Of a stretch of DNA of 64,000 nucleotides, positions 26,101-39,761 are shown piece by piece. Both the position numbers and the translations under genes were made by a program. Positions within the stretch are counted from its first letter, which is position 1, and every line of letters starts with the position of its first letter. The notes beneath the pieces are model-generated. The model was not told where the DNA came from. It made no database searches and saw only the letters and a list, made by a program, of their open reading frames with translations. Source of the DNA: Paraspadella gotoi (taxonomy: Eukaryota > Animalia > Chaetognatha); NCBI GenBank assembly GCA_051294375.1, contig CM119265.1, positions 3,625,620-3,689,619 of the forward strand, given 5' to 3'.

Positions 26101-28320
26101 AAATAAATAAATTAAGTAAATAAAATAAATTAAGTAAATAAATAAATTAAGTAAATAAATAAATTAAGTAAATAAATAAATTAAGTATAATAAAAATAAA
26201 TTAAGTAATAAATAAATAAGTAATAAATAAATTAAGGTTTATTTTGTCCGGTGACTACACCGCGCCGGTGTTTTTCCGCACCTTCAAGAAAAACCCCTGG
26301 GACGACGAGAACTTGCTCGGCAAGTTAAAAAACTATGTCTCCAAGATGGACGACATGTGAGAATTGTGTTTCTTTTTATATGTACAACTTTTAAATACAA
26401 ACGTACAAAATATTTTTGTTTAAATGTTTTTATTTTCACACAACCAACATTGAAGTCGCAGATCGCTCGGCGTGCGATAAAGGGAAACCACGATACCTCC
26501 GCCACATCGTGGAGGGGGCGTGTGAAAGGAGGAATCCTGAACGAATCATTGGACAGGGCGGCGTCGTTCTCGTTACAACGCCGAGTATATGGCCTATTGG
26601 ATGGGATCGACGATTCGGACGACGAGGAAAAGGAACTCATGTACCATCACGTTTATTCTTGACAAACAAAGGGCAAGTGATGAAAAGAAGACTTTTGCAA
26701 TTGAAGACATGAGGGATGGGAACTGAAGTTTGGTCAGGTCTACGTCGTCAATTACGACGTTTTTATATATAATATTAACGTAGTATTACTGGTTCGAGTT
26801 CCAGAGAAAGAATTATAATTTTTTAAACGGATAATATCGCGTTCAAAGGTAAAAATTTGATTGAGGACAAAAAAGCCTCGGCGGGGTCATGGCCTCCGTT
26901 TCAAAACAAACAAAAATAAAAATTTTTAACAACGGTAAACAAGGATTTATAAATAAAGAAAAAAAAGAAAGAAGGATAGTAGTAGTCGCTCGGATATATC
27001 ACGAGGTTGTCAAATGTCGCCATTAAATCGCGTTGGAATCGCGAAGTTCAAAGTTCATGGCTATCTAGATGACGTTCCGTGAGAGCGGAGATTCTGACTC
27101 GGCCCTGGAGAAAACTCACATTTTAATTACACTGAACTGAGCTCATAGCTTTTTCAAGGTTAGTTAAGGTAACCGGAAGATCTAAATTTTGGTGCTAAAT
27201 AAAGTACGAATTGAAAGAAAGAAGAAAGTCGCCGATCAGCTTCAACGGGTCCATTTATTAACGTAACCGAGTAGACAATTGAGCGGACAACGGAGTGGAC
27301 TACAGAGTTGAAAAGCCTGAGGAAAAAACGGGTTTACAAATATAACTGGCTCTCTAACAATTTATATTAAATTTCTAAGCAACAATAGACTAGCTGTTTA
27401 ACTCGCTAATTATACCTACTAGTTTCGGCTTCAGATCTTCATGGTGACCAAATATCGTCAAACATATTTTAGAGAATAAAATAATTATTTGGAGGAAAGG
27501 AGATTTCGGCCTTTTCAAATCATCGATGGCTGAATGATTAAGAGTCAGGATCGGGATAGACAAAAACAATGACGATTATTTGAATGATGGATTAATTGCT
27601 TAGGGTTTCGGTTAGGATAAGGTTAGTTAGGGATAGATATTAGGGATTAGGGTTTGTGATTAAGGGTGGTTTAGGGTTGGGATAGGGTAAGGGATTAGGG
27701 TCATTTTTCCCAACGCTACTTTTGCAACAATAAAATTCTGGCTTGCTGGATGAGAGAAAGAATTAAGCCTCCGTTGGGATCGGGATTGACAGAAACGACG
27801 ACGATAATTTGAACGATGGAGGAAGCAGTTGCGACGGTGAGAGCGACGACAAAAGGAGTGATGCATAAAACGATGATGGAAGTTATAAAAGATACGATTT
27901 TTGTGCGTGTGTTTGAGTCCGCTGCTTTAGGAGCTGCAGCAAGGGGGCTTCTTTGAAAAAAAGTGCCGAGATTTCAACTGATCGTTGGATCGTGAGTTTA
28001 CGGAATGCGAAAAGGAGAGCAGAGATTCGAGGAGGAGGAAGAGGAGGAGGATGAGGAGGAGGAAGAAGAGAGGATTTTTGAGACCGGAACCGATGACGTA
28101 ATAGGAATGAAGAGTTGAAACAATGTAATTATCAATAATTATAATTGAGAGGTTTATCGCGAGATTTTCGGCACACGTGTATATCAATTTAAATTATAAT
28201 ACAACTAACCATTTTTTTCTTTTACTTTTTTGTGAATACACACAAAACAACTTTTTATAAGAACACTTAACCTGATAACTCCATCAGTCTTTTGTCAATC
28301 AGTCAATCACCTGACTAAGT

Positions 28321-28933
28321 ATTAAGGCGGGCCAAAATTGAACACTTTTTATATCTTTTAGTTCTCTCAAAAAAATTTATTTTTTCCTTCTATTACTAAA
28401 TCGATTTTCAATGCAACTTTTAGAATTAGTTCATTGGGTTGTTGCACTGAAGCTTTTAAAATATAATAAATGACAAAAAAAATTTTAAAATTTGTTTTTT
28501 CAAGAACAGATTCTTGTAAAGCTTAAAAAGTTAAATGAAAGTTAGTACTATAATTTTTTTAAATTTTGACAATAAATTGGTTAAAAATAGAAAAAACCTT
28601 AAAAAAAATTAAAACCAAAAATGATAGAACAATGAGACTGGTATCATATTAAAGCCATAATTATGGGGCATCTTTTCCATATAATTTTTTAAAAATGTTT
28701 CAAAGGATTTTTTTAAAATCTTGATCGGAATCTTAGTCAAAAGTATAACAACTTTTGAAATTAAATTAAACACACTTGGCCACATTTAAAAAAAATAAAC
28801 AAATATAGATTCTGAAAGAAATAATTTTAATGCATCATGTGAGGTATCATATGAAAGCTAACGATGTCTGCTACATGACAGCACGTAAAAAAAATTTTCT
28901 TAATAAAAATAAAAAATCACCAGACTACCCTAA
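28321..28933. mobile_element. Possible AT-rich non-autonomous DNA transposon remnant
   Basis: Imperfect inverted ends ATTAAGGCGGGC / GACTACCCTAAT and a repeated internal GGTATCATATKAAAGC motif. Confidence 0.3.
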
Positions 28934-28948
28934 TAAAAACGCGAGAGA

Positions 28949-28980
<32 letters not shown>

Positions 28981-28989
28981 AAGAAAGAG

Positions 28990-29052
<63 letters not shown>

Positions 29053-29171
29053 GAGTTTTAGGACAAATCAAAAGCGGTATCAGCAGAGGCAGCCAGAAAA
29101 AAAGAATGATGCGAGTTGAAAAAATGATGTGAGTTATCATCTGATTAGCTGATTTCCGCTTAATTATCGTA

Positions 29172-29203
29172 GGCAGATCCGACATTGTTTGCTCAAACTT
29201 GTT
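29172..29203 (+). mobile_element. 3' end fragment of the same HINE family as 36474-37299
   Basis: GGCAGATCCGACATTGTTTGCTCAAACTTGTT differs by one base from 37268-37299. Confidence 0.65.
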
Positions 29204-29330
29204 CTTCTTACTGTTTCACCTACAATGTAGGTCCTACATCAACACTCCAAGAAAACTGCAGCGCAGATGCTCTAACTTCCCTAACCAAGGCTTTCTTTTC
29301 TATCTCTCTATCTACTAAATAAAAAACCAT

Positions 29331-29434
<104 letters not shown>

Positions 29435-30357
29435 GCATCGCAAAAGGCTACGACAGCTGCAAGAACAAAACCCTTTCATCTTTTCCGATCTTTCGATCTT
29501 TATTAATTTTTATGATTCAATATTTTCTTTTCTTTCTAAAAGTGTTCAGCACTGTGATCATAGAGAGTTGAAAAATTAAAGCTACAGAGACGATTTAAAG
29601 TTCACTCGAGCTCGAGACAAACTTAACCTCGTTAAACTTTAAAGAACTCGAATTTCACTCGAACTCTCTTTAAAAAAGAATTTTCTCCGAAAAAATCGAA
29701 AATTGTCTCTTTTGGCACTTTTCCTTACTACTATCGTGCATAAATAATAGAAATTGAATTAATTTAAAAGAAAAATTCTTAAAAAAAAAAAAAACAAAAT
29801 AAAAAGAAAAAAAAAACTCTCTCAATCATCCCTGTGGCGCCGCCTGTTCACAAAAAAGAAAAGCAGCCGACGCGATGTCTTTTGTTTCTCTCGAGGACGA
29901 CCTCGTCCTCGACGCCGACGACGAAGGCGGGACTTTTGAAATCGGGGGAGCGAAGGTCGACGCGGGTGACGGGAACGAGGCGGAGGGATTGACGCTGGGA
30001 TGCGGGGAAGGGGAAGGGATGCGGGGAGGGGAAGGGTGAGGATAAAGGGGAGGGGCAGTGGGATTGTGGTGGGGAAAAAGAAGAGAGGAGAGATTAGATG
30101 TCACTAGGGGTTGGAAGGAAACAAGGAAGGAAGGAAGGAATAAATGAATGAATGAATGAATGAATGAATGAATGAATGAATGAAAGAATGAAAGAATGAA
30201 AGAAAGAAAGAAAGAAAGAAAGAAAAATTTAAAAAATTAAAAGACAACAAACAATATGTAAAACGAAATAAATTAACCAACTAAACGAACCAAGAAACAA
30301 CAAACCAATCAAGACACGAATCCAACCAACATATTCAACCAATGAAATCCAACCAAC

Positions 30358-33300
30358 CTGCATCCTTACTCTCCTCCAACCCGGATCCGCCTCCAACGCC
30401 GTCGAGTGGCGCTCGACGAGGCGTTGCGAGGCTTCGGTCACGCCATCCTCCATCGAGAAGCTGATGGGCACCACCTTTGAAGGGAAGACGAAATTCCATG
30501 TCAGTGTTAATTCATTTTTTAATTAATTCAATTATTTATTCTTCTAATTAATCTTTGATTTGCTGAAGTACAAATACAATACCCGACGACTATTAATCTT
30601 ACTCTCTAATCTTCATTCCTCATTCCCCTAATCCTCATTCCACATTTCCCTGATCTTCATTCCTCATTTCCCTAATCCTCATTCCCCATTTCCCTAATCT
30701 TCATTCCTTATTACCCTAATCCTCATCCCACATTTCCCTAATCTTCATTCCCCATTTCCCTGATCCTCATCCCCAGTCCCCGCCGTCGAAACCTTTTCCC
30801 CGGTCTGCTCCCAAATGTGTTCCCCGGCGGCGGCGACGACGACGTCAGACTCGATCCCCAATTCCGGCGTCGGGCGACACCACGAAGACTTGTGGACAGT
30901 CCTGTGGGGATGTTGTGGAAAGATTTGTGGATGAGACTGTGGTTGTGATTGAAAATTTGTAAATGTTAGTTTAGTGAAGTTTAGACGTACATAAAATACG
31001 TAAATATTTAATAATTGACGTGATAAAATTTTTAAAAAACTTACGTACAATTTAAAACTTATGAACTTTAATGAAAAGCAAAATCCACTACGCATAAGTT
31101 TTAAATTATTTTGAATCAGTTTATGGATTAGATAGCTTTGCCGTTTCGCTATTTTCGATGACGTTTAAATTATCACGATGAAATAGATAACGAACAAAAT
31201 GTTTATTTACTTATTTACAATCGATAAGGCAATGTGAATAAAATAATTGAGTTAGAAATTGAATATCAACCATTCGGGCCGAGGGCAGCTTCGCTTATGA
31301 AAACTAAAGTCCTTCGTCCTACTCCCTCGGCCCATGAAACAATTTCCCTATGACCTAGTCCCACTCTCCGCCCTCTGATTCGCTAAGAGCTAAAAACCAC
31401 GATCGAATAAACAGGGAGAGGGGGAGAGAGAGAGAGAGAGTTCACATCGATCGAAATAGAGTGGAGGCGGATCCCGTATCCGCTGACGATAGTAAAAAAC
31501 AACGGGGCATTTTCATCTATAGGCTAAATGTTGATAACTAATGAATAAAAAAATGTTACTTTTATCATCATCTTACCAATTGATTCTGATCTTGATGAAA
31601 TTCTTAAAGTTTCCTTTTCCGCGACATTTGCGACAGAAAGTGACTTGAGTTCCTCCGCATTCGATGCAGCTGCAGAAAGAACTTTAATTTAACAGATGCA
31701 ACAAAATACAAAACCACGATAAAGTTGAGATTCGAGACGAATTGAATGAGAGTTAAAACGGTTCCTTTTACTCACTTGAATCGGCCTAAACCCTTGCAGG
31801 TGTAGCAGAAACGGTTTATCTGAAAAAAAGAATGTAAGTATTGTAATACACACCGCGATAGAATTGCGTAATTTTAAAAAAACTGCCCTCAACATTATCC
31901 CACAAAAAAAATAAATTTCAACCGTTAAAACCCAAGTTTACAAACAAACAAACACACACAAAGATTACAAACAAACAATAAGGGAAACAAACCAATCATC
32001 TTGTCGACCTGAAAGGCGCTCATATTTGATTTGGTCCTGTGATGACAAGTGGACATCCTCGACGCCTCGAATCCTTGTTTGCGCGAGAATCGACCGCCGA
32101 ACTCGAGAGACCCTCGACCATCGCAGGCCTCGCAGAGGAACTGGGTGGGGTAGGGAAGGGGGGATGGGAAGGGGTGGAGAGGGGGGTGGTTTGAGGGATG
32201 AATAATAGATGGATGGTAGTTAATGGGGTTGAGTTAAATGTCATTAAAAAAAGTAATCTTAAAAAAAAAAATACTAACTTCAAAAATTGTATTGCTGCAT
32301 TCAAACGTTAATTATCCGTTCATGCGTTAATTATGATTTTAAATTAAAATAAACTTTTTAAAGCATTAAAATTCATGAATTCTAAATCACAACTCACGCT
32401 TCTTTTTCCGTTGCAGACGTGACAAGTGACGCTGCCGGCGTTGCAGTCTTCACAAGCCTGAAAGGGACAAAACAAATGAAACGCTGAAAGTCTCAACTTT
32501 TCATAGATAAGACCTACCGTCACATAATCCGTTCCGGGAACCTGAAAGATAGAAAGGGCGATGGTGTTAATCTTCAAGGAAATGTGACTCATTATTTATA
32601 AATAAAAATAAACATAAACATTACGTGCCTGAAAGTGTTTGGTAAATGTTTCTTTGTTCTTAACGGGAATCTCGAAATCGAAAGACCAAATGTCAAGATC
32701 TTCGTCGATTTTGGATCCGTACGGCGAAACTCCCTGAGATGATCAAATCGTACTTGGAGACTTCGGAGTTCACGTGAACATTATTATTGTCAAGGGCAGG
32801 GGCACAGCTCAAGTCAAGAGGAAAGGGAATTCAAATAGAAAAGTTGCAGAAGAAGAAGTAACGACGGAGACCAGGTAAATTAAAATGTCACTTTGTTGGC
32901 CGGAGGCAAGTTATTCGCCTCCTAACCCAAAAGTCCGGGGTTCTTGCCCGGTGGTCGTCTGGCAGTTTAGAGGGACGGGGCGCTTAACCCGCCTGTAACA
33001 TGGTGTTACAGCCTGATCCGAAGCTCAGGGACTGCTTATATTGAACGGTTCTGTCTTTAACACATAACAATAATTACTGTCTCTTCAATCTTTCTATTAT
33101 TCTTTCTATTCTCTTTACGATCGGTCTGTCGGTCGGTCTGTCAAACTATAGTTGGTTGCTCATTTATTAAGACAGAAAAAAACTTCAAATCTAAGGGACT
33201 GCGAGCGCCGCCTTCAGGAAATCCTAAAAATAGAAGGAATGTCATAAATACAAGGGCCAAGAAAGTTTTTTAGTCATGTAATGGCATGTCATATCATGTG

Positions 33301-33737
33301 ATAAAAGAGAAATACACGTGCGGCGCAACACATTGGAATCACCGTTCTTGTTTTTAACCAACAAAGAATTCTGAAGAATAATAACTGAATAGTCAATGCC
33401 GAATACGGTCCCTAATAATATTGATCAACCTGAATTGGAAATGTGACCCATTCCTTTTTCCTTGATTCCGTCAGAGTCCAGAGTTCGTACTAATTATGGA
33501 ATGTGAGTCAATCATTAATATTTGATAATGCATACATATATTATACATGGTACAACGATAAATACTCACGACGAAGACTTTAGCGAATTTCCAGTCATCG
33601 ACGTTCAAAGGTTTTGGCGCCAAATTAAAGATCGTCTTCTCCGCCGCCGCGCGGCGCTGCAGCTTCCTGCGGATCTCGTCCGCTGTCACCGTCGGCGTCT
33701 CTTCGCTGACGATTAGGTAATGGACGGTCAAATTCAT
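30358..33737 (-). CDS. SSUH2: SSUH2-like protein with DnaJ-type CxxCxGxG repeats; 3' end not resolved
   Basis: Spliced exons encode DIWSFDF, VPGTDYVT, CEDCNAG, CHVCNGK, CEACDGRG, CYTCKGLG, CIECGG, CRKCRGKG and EASQRLVERH, in the order typical of SSUH2 homologs. Confidence 0.65.
32896..33087 (+). mobile_element. Twister/tRNA-like repeat family 1, 5'-truncated copy (ribozyme core 32962-33035)
   Basis: Highly similar to 39820-40011. It lies in an SSUH2-like intron, antisense to the gene. Confidence 0.85.
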
Positions 33738-34176
33738 GGTTTGAAGTTAAGTGTAAATTTTATGCAATAAAAAAATGTTTGACGTTAAACATACATACGT
33801 ACTTCTAATAACAATATGAGCCTACTGTCGCTAGTTTATGAAGCTTAACTATCAAAATTTATTTGGATTTATCATTCGAGATTAATCGACCGACAGAGAA
33901 TGCACTTTAGTTAGTATAATGGTTTTATCCGTAAAACTGACGACAAAATAAAAGTTACTTACAGCCAGTTGACGTCCATTTTAAAGTAACCAAGATAATA
34001 GTAGTCAAAATCAAAACGCAGTGATAGAGATGGCCATGTGCAGAAATGAAGAATTATTAATCAGATACAGAATATGAGAAACTTAAAGGATTATAACTAT
34101 AAGTTTGGAGAGAACGCATAGTTAATGACGCAGTGTGGGACTCAGTTAACTCAGTTAACTTAGTTAACCGTCGAAC

Positions 34177-34300
<124 letters not shown>

Positions 34301-34678
34301 GAAAGATAATTAATCAAATTAAGGAGAATAATTGTTTCTCTTGGACGGGGAAGAGAAAATATGTTAATAGATGAACCTATAAACTGAAGGTTAAAGTTAT
34401 CGAAAAATTCACTTGCCACGTGAATTTTAAAAACATGTTGAAAATTATCGATGCGAAACAAAGAGATTATTACTTAATTTTCATCCTATTTGTGTACAAA
34501 ATTGTCGTACTATTACTCAAAGTTAAGTTGGAATTGTTTTTCGTTGTTGTTCAGAAAGTTTACATAAAATAAAGGGTGACGGACAAATGATTCAATAGCG
34601 TAATCTGGAACGCACCAGAGAAAGTTATTATTTATGCGATACTTCTTACAGCCAAGAGTTATAAGTAAATTCTTCATT

Positions 34679-36312
34679 TCAGTCAGAGCAACGAAAATCG
34701 ATACTTTCTACACATTTCGTCTCAATATCGTTTTCAGGCTCCACGTGACGTTTGGCCCAAGAATAAAGAATTTTAGCCACAATCAACTGAAAATCAGTCG
34801 GCAAATTCATAAGACAAAAAACACCACGAGGCTCGGAAATATCAATTAAATAATATTTCTTTCGGTCAGCCGAGACGTAGGTCGGCTTCTTTTCGCCCAA
34901 CGCCTCCTTCAAGGCTTCGCGTTGGAGGCGAAGGAAGTCGTCGAAGGAGTCGGGGAGGAGGAGGTCGCCGTCGCGGAGGAAGTTGAGAATGTGTCTGGGG
35001 GGGAGGGAGGATTATAGAAATGAAATTGATACACCTTCAATTCGGTACAACCAATAAAAAAATATTCATTCATTCAATGAAAAAGATATATCTTTCCCCT
35101 TACTTTGGACAGAAGAATAGAGATGAAACTTAGTTCTGTTTTATTTGCGATAATTCCCTCCTAAACATCTCTCCATGCTCGTCTGAATGTACCCCTCCTA
35201 AACAGTCTCTCTCCATCCCTGTCATAATGACGCCGACACTAAACACATGTCTCCATCAGCCTCGTCAAATGTCCCACCTAACATCTCTCCATCCCTGTCT
35301 ATTGTCCCGACCTAATCATCTCTCCAACCCTGTCTAATGTCCCCACCTAAAATCTCTCCATCCCTGTCTAATGTCCCCACCGAAACATCTCTCATCCCTG
35401 TTTAATGTCCCCTCCTAAACATCTCTCCATCCCTGTTTAATGTCCCTCCTAAACATCTCTCCATCCCTGTCAAATATCCCTACCTAAACATCTCTCCATC
35501 CCTGTCTAATGTCCCACCTAAACATCTCCATCCCTGTCTAATGTCCCTACCTAAACATTTTTCCATCCCTGTTTAATGTCCCCACTAAACACTCTCCCAT
35601 CCCTGTTTAATGTCGCCACCTAATCATCTCTCCATCCCTGTTTAATATCCCACCTAAACATCTCTCCATCCTGTTTAATGTCTCACCTAAACATCTTTCC
35701 ATCCCTGTTTAATGTCCCCACCTAAACATCTCTCCATCCCTACTATAATATCCCCACCTAAACATCTCTCCATCCCTGTTTAATGTTCCTCCTAAACATC
35801 TCTCCAGCCCTGTCTAATGTCCCCACCTAAACATCTCTCCATCCCTGTTTAATGTCCCACCTAAACATCTCTCCATCCTGTTTAATGTCCCCACCTAAAC
35901 ATCTCTCCATCCCTGTCTAATGTCCTCACCTAAACATCTCTCCATCCCTGTCTAATGTTCCCACCTAAACATCTCTCCATCCCTATCTATAAAGACACGC
36001 CCCCGTCTCATCCTTGGCCTCGGAATGTCTCCTCCAAACATCTCTCCATCCCTGTTTAATGTCCCCACCTAAACATCTCTCCATCCCTGTCTATAAACCG
36101 CCCCTGTCTCATACCTTTGCCGTCGGAATGTCTCCTCCAAACATCCGCCCCAACATTGAATCCAGGAATCGCATCAGCGTCGACAGAGACGTCGTGAATC
36201 TGACGCCTTCGACGTTCAGACGAATCAGTGTCGGGTTGAGAGACTCAGCTTCCTTGCTGCTGTCCGCTTCGGATGTTTCCGACTTGGCAATGGAAAGATT
36301 GGTGTCGCTCAT
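34679..36312 (-). CDS. BTB/POZ (KCTD-like, T1-type) protein, copy 1; possibly degenerate
   Basis: Exon 1 encodes IRLNVEGVRFTTSLSTLMRFLDSMLGRMFGG and exon 2 (from ~34996) HILNFLRDGDLLLPDSFDDFLRLQREA. It has an in-frame 21-bp deletion (DFFCLDA) relative to the paralogs. Confidence 0.75.
35150..36100. repeat. 35-bp minisatellite derived from the BTB exon1/intron1 junction (also at 38881-39075 and 45523-46565)
   Basis: The minus-strand unit GGGGACATTAGACAGGGATGGAGAGATGTTTAGGT contains the exon end (DRDGEMFR) and the GT donor. Confidence 0.9.
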
Positions 36313-36473
36313 TTCTATGACCTGATGAGTGAAAAATATGGTAAAAAAAGTAAACTTTTAACTTTCATATTAATAATAAAACGTAATTATTATTTCTTAT
36401 CATCGATCTTACTTACTTACCAATTTGGGGGACCAAAAATTATGTACGAAAATGATATTTCGATGATTACTAC

Positions 36474-37299
36474 TTTTTAGTCGGATCTGCTTATCAGCAG
36501 ATCCCGACTCTATAATTCACTTTGTCGGTCCGTCGGTCCGCCCCCTCAATATTGTCGGGCACTCACTTATATCATGTCAGAACATTAAATTATGATAAAT
36601 TATGCCAAAAAATGATGTCCGTCCGTCTGTCCGTCCGTCCTTCCATCACACCTTAGCAAAAAATACCAATTACTTGTGACTGGATAGATGGATTGGATTA
36701 AAATTTTGTGTGTGGGTAGGGAAGTGTGTGATTGAGCTGGATATGAAGTTTCGATGGAATCGTCTAAGTGGAAATGAGTTTAAATGGAAAAAACAAAAAA
36801 AGATATTTCACAATCTGAACACCAATTGCTCACGAGTAGATGGGGCGATTGACCTGAAATTTTGTATGTGGGTAGGAAAATGTGTGATTAATCTGGAAAT
36901 CAAGTTTCGATGGAATGATTTGAGTGGAAATGAGTATTGAAAAAATAAAAAACCTGTTTCACTAATTGATTATGCTTCTTTTTTACTTTTATATTAAATG
37001 TAAATGCAAGATGTATTAATTAATCAAATAATTAATCAAATAATTAATCAGTTAATTAATCAATTGGTCAATTAATTAAGCAATAATTATTTAATCAGTC
37101 AATCAATTATTATTCTCATTATTCTCATCGTCGTTATTGCTTTTGTCGTAGTTAGTGACAAAAAGTCCTAAAAACAAAGATTTGGGATCAAATTAATTAA
37201 TTGCCTAATTAATTAATTAATTATCTGGAATTATTTAATTATTAATTAATTATCGATAATGATCGTGGGCAGATCCGACATTGTTTGCTCAAACCTGTT
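36474..37299 (+). mobile_element. Non-autonomous Helentron (HINE/DINE-1-like) element
   Basis: It starts with TTTTTAG and the hairpin GTCGGATCTGC-TTATCA-GCAGATCCCGAC. It contains GTCC/GTCG microsatellites and two ~160-bp central repeats (~36660-36940). It ends with the sub-terminal IR GCAGATCCGAC, a short hairpin GTTTGCTCAAAC and CTGTT. Confidence 0.8.
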
Positions 37300-38078
37300 G
37301 AAATATTAATCAAATTGGACTCCAATTGGACTCCAATTTGGATATCTCGACTGATAGTGTATTTCTCAGAAATACGTTAGACTACGAGTTGCAGGCTCGG
37401 CCTTTTGAGTCTACGAATAGTCTACCTATAGATGGAATACACAATGTGTGTATTACACATGGTAACCCGTGTAAAGAATAAACGAGTGAACAGTGAACAA
37501 AAGAAGCTGCTTACTGTACTGATTAGTGATTACTATTTAGTACTAAGTTACTTACTTACTTACTACTTACTTATTTAAATGATACGAACAATTAACTCTG
37601 TTACTATTACTATTAGAATTGCAAGGTTTTTAAGTCATCAAGACCATTCGCGGAACTTTTTAAAAGCTAATTTATTATCCATTATCTGAATTTAAAAAAA
37701 AATCAACTGAGAAGATGAAAAACAGAGATGATAATATAATAATTATAATGGTGAAAAATAGATGGTTTGTAACCACTGAATCGTAATGTTAGAAAAATAA
37801 AGGAAGTGAGCGGAGCCCTTTTAATTTTCTGACATGTCCCGAGACCCGTTACAGAATGCACGAGTGGATGTCCGGGCCGCTCGAGAGTAAGATAGGGTAT
37901 GGTTTATATAGATTAAGCTTTACCTCATGATGTCATATTGTTTCTCACAAAACGGTTTCATTAGAAATTTGTGTATAGCTGATTCCGGTAGATCAATCCG
38001 GTAGAATTAATGTTAGTAGACAATACATGAGATTTTTTATGTTTTTTAGTTGAATTCTTTAAAACTTAATCATAACAC

Positions 38079-39264
38079 TCATCCATAATTAATCAAGTTC
38101 GTGTAAATCAAGGGTTCCCGGACTAATTTGTCCACCGCATGATCCGGCACGTACCAACAATCCCCTTTCTTCCGACAACCTGACGATTTAAAAATCTCTT
38201 CCACTCGCGAACTGCTGCAGGAAAAGACAACTCTCGTTCCGTCAATGTAGTCATATTTCGCGTTGAGATGTCGACGCCCAAACTCGTCGAGTTTGTCAAA
38301 AAAATGGGCCTGAAAGTCCGCGGGTAAGTCGAAACTGCAGCTGGACTGGATGGGGCAAAATTGGCTGCGGATTTCGTAGTAAGGGCGGCGCTGCGACTGA
38401 CGGGAATGCGCCGCGTTTTCCATTGCTGCCGCCGCTTCCTTCAAAGCGTCGAGGCAGAAGAAGTCGGCTTCGCGTTGAAGGCGAAGGAAGTCGTCGAAGG
38501 GGTCGGGGAGCAGGAGGTCGCCGTCGCGGAGGAAGTTGAGAATGTGTCTTGGAATTAGGTTAGGTGTTAATGTAAGTACAAAATAGTATTTTTGCGAGTT
38601 TTAATTTTTTTAATTTTCACCTTTTTTTATAAAAAAAATTGTCATTAAGCTTTCATAAAGTTATTGCTTATTGGGTGCAGCATTTTTTATCCACTTTTAT
38701 TTTTTTTGAAGCTTTCAAAATTTTATTTTTTTTTCTTAAAAGATTAACCATAAATTTTGTTTAAGCGTTGTTCCCATTTTATTTAACTAAAAATAAGTAA
38801 AGTACTAATTAATATTAAATTCCAAAGAAAATAGAATAATTATGTAAAGTCATTATCTTTTAAAAAAAATTAAAAAAACCTTAAACATCTCTCCATCCCT
38901 GTTTAATGTCCCCACCTAAACATCTCTCCATCCCTGTCTAATGTCCCCACCAAACATCTCTCCATCCCTGTCTAATATCCACTTCTAAACATCTCTCCAT
39001 CCCTGTCTAATGTCCCACCTAAACATCTCTCCATCCCTGTCTAATGTCCCCACCTAAACATCTCTCCATCCCTGTCTATAAAGACCGCCCCCGTCTCATC
39101 CTTGGCCGTCGGAATGTCTCCTCCAAACATCCGCCCCAACATAGAATCCGGAATCGCATCAGCGTCGACAGAGACGTCGCGAAGATGGCGCCACCCACGT
39201 TGAGACGAATTATAGTTCTGTCTATTGAGTCTGATTGACTCAAATCATGATCGGCGTGGCTCAT
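38079..39264 (-). CDS. BTB/POZ (KCTD-like) protein, copy 2
   Basis: IRLNVGGAIFATSLSTLMRF...AVFIDRDGEMFR|HILNFLRDG...EADFFCLDALKE followed by a ~120-aa C-terminal region. One apparent 1-bp deletion near 39150 is either a sequencing error or a real lesion. Confidence 0.85.
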
Positions 39265-39761
39265 TATTTTTTAAGATTTTGCTTTACAGTTACACTAGAA
39301 AATGATACGCCGTTTTTTCCAGCCGAGAATCGATTCCAGACAAACTACTTGATCCAATTTAATAGAACTTGGCATGATGGTAGCCTTGGCTATACAAATA
39401 AAACTGTTGAGGGGATTTTTAATATTCAACCCATATTCAACCATATAAAAAAACAATTTAGATATTTTTGCTGATTAGATATTTTTCATGGATGCATCGT
39501 TTTTAATCTTACAAAAATTGTTCAAATCTAACATAAATCGCCGACGTTTAAGAAGCTGGAATTTTAGGATAACTAGTTTTATGGTAATAATAAATATGTT
39601 TATCATGATGAACAAGCTTTTATTCAACTATTTATAACTAAAAAATTTGAAAATTTAAAAATTTACGAAAATATTTACTTTTTTTGTCCCTAAGGGCGAT
39701 CCCCCATGGGGCCCAATACTGGGCTGAGGGGTCAAATATTAAAATTCGCCTTGATATATAT

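Larger units (their letters stand above)
16975..27720 (+). mobile_element. Head-to-tail array of three ~3.57-3.6 kb units forming the right end of an unclassified element
   Basis: The units are near-identical and end in ...CCAACGCTAC at 20547, 24117 and 27719. Internal junctions resume in a T-run inside gene A exon 1, and the last unit is followed by unique sequence. Confidence 0.85.

Noticed and set aside
27600-27720. Telomere or chromosome end
   Set aside because: The tract is short, degenerate, internal, repeated in each array unit, and followed by ordinary genes.
31276-31333. 10-bp GC-rich stem GGGCCGAGGG/CCCTCGGCCC as a ribozyme or SECIS element
   Set aside because: No hammerhead, twister, HDV or SECIS core could be parsed on either strand.
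35150-36100. Regular 35-bp repeats resembling a CRISPR array
   Set aside because: The units are contiguous with no unique spacers, derive from a eukaryotic exon/intron junction, and have no cas genes nearby.
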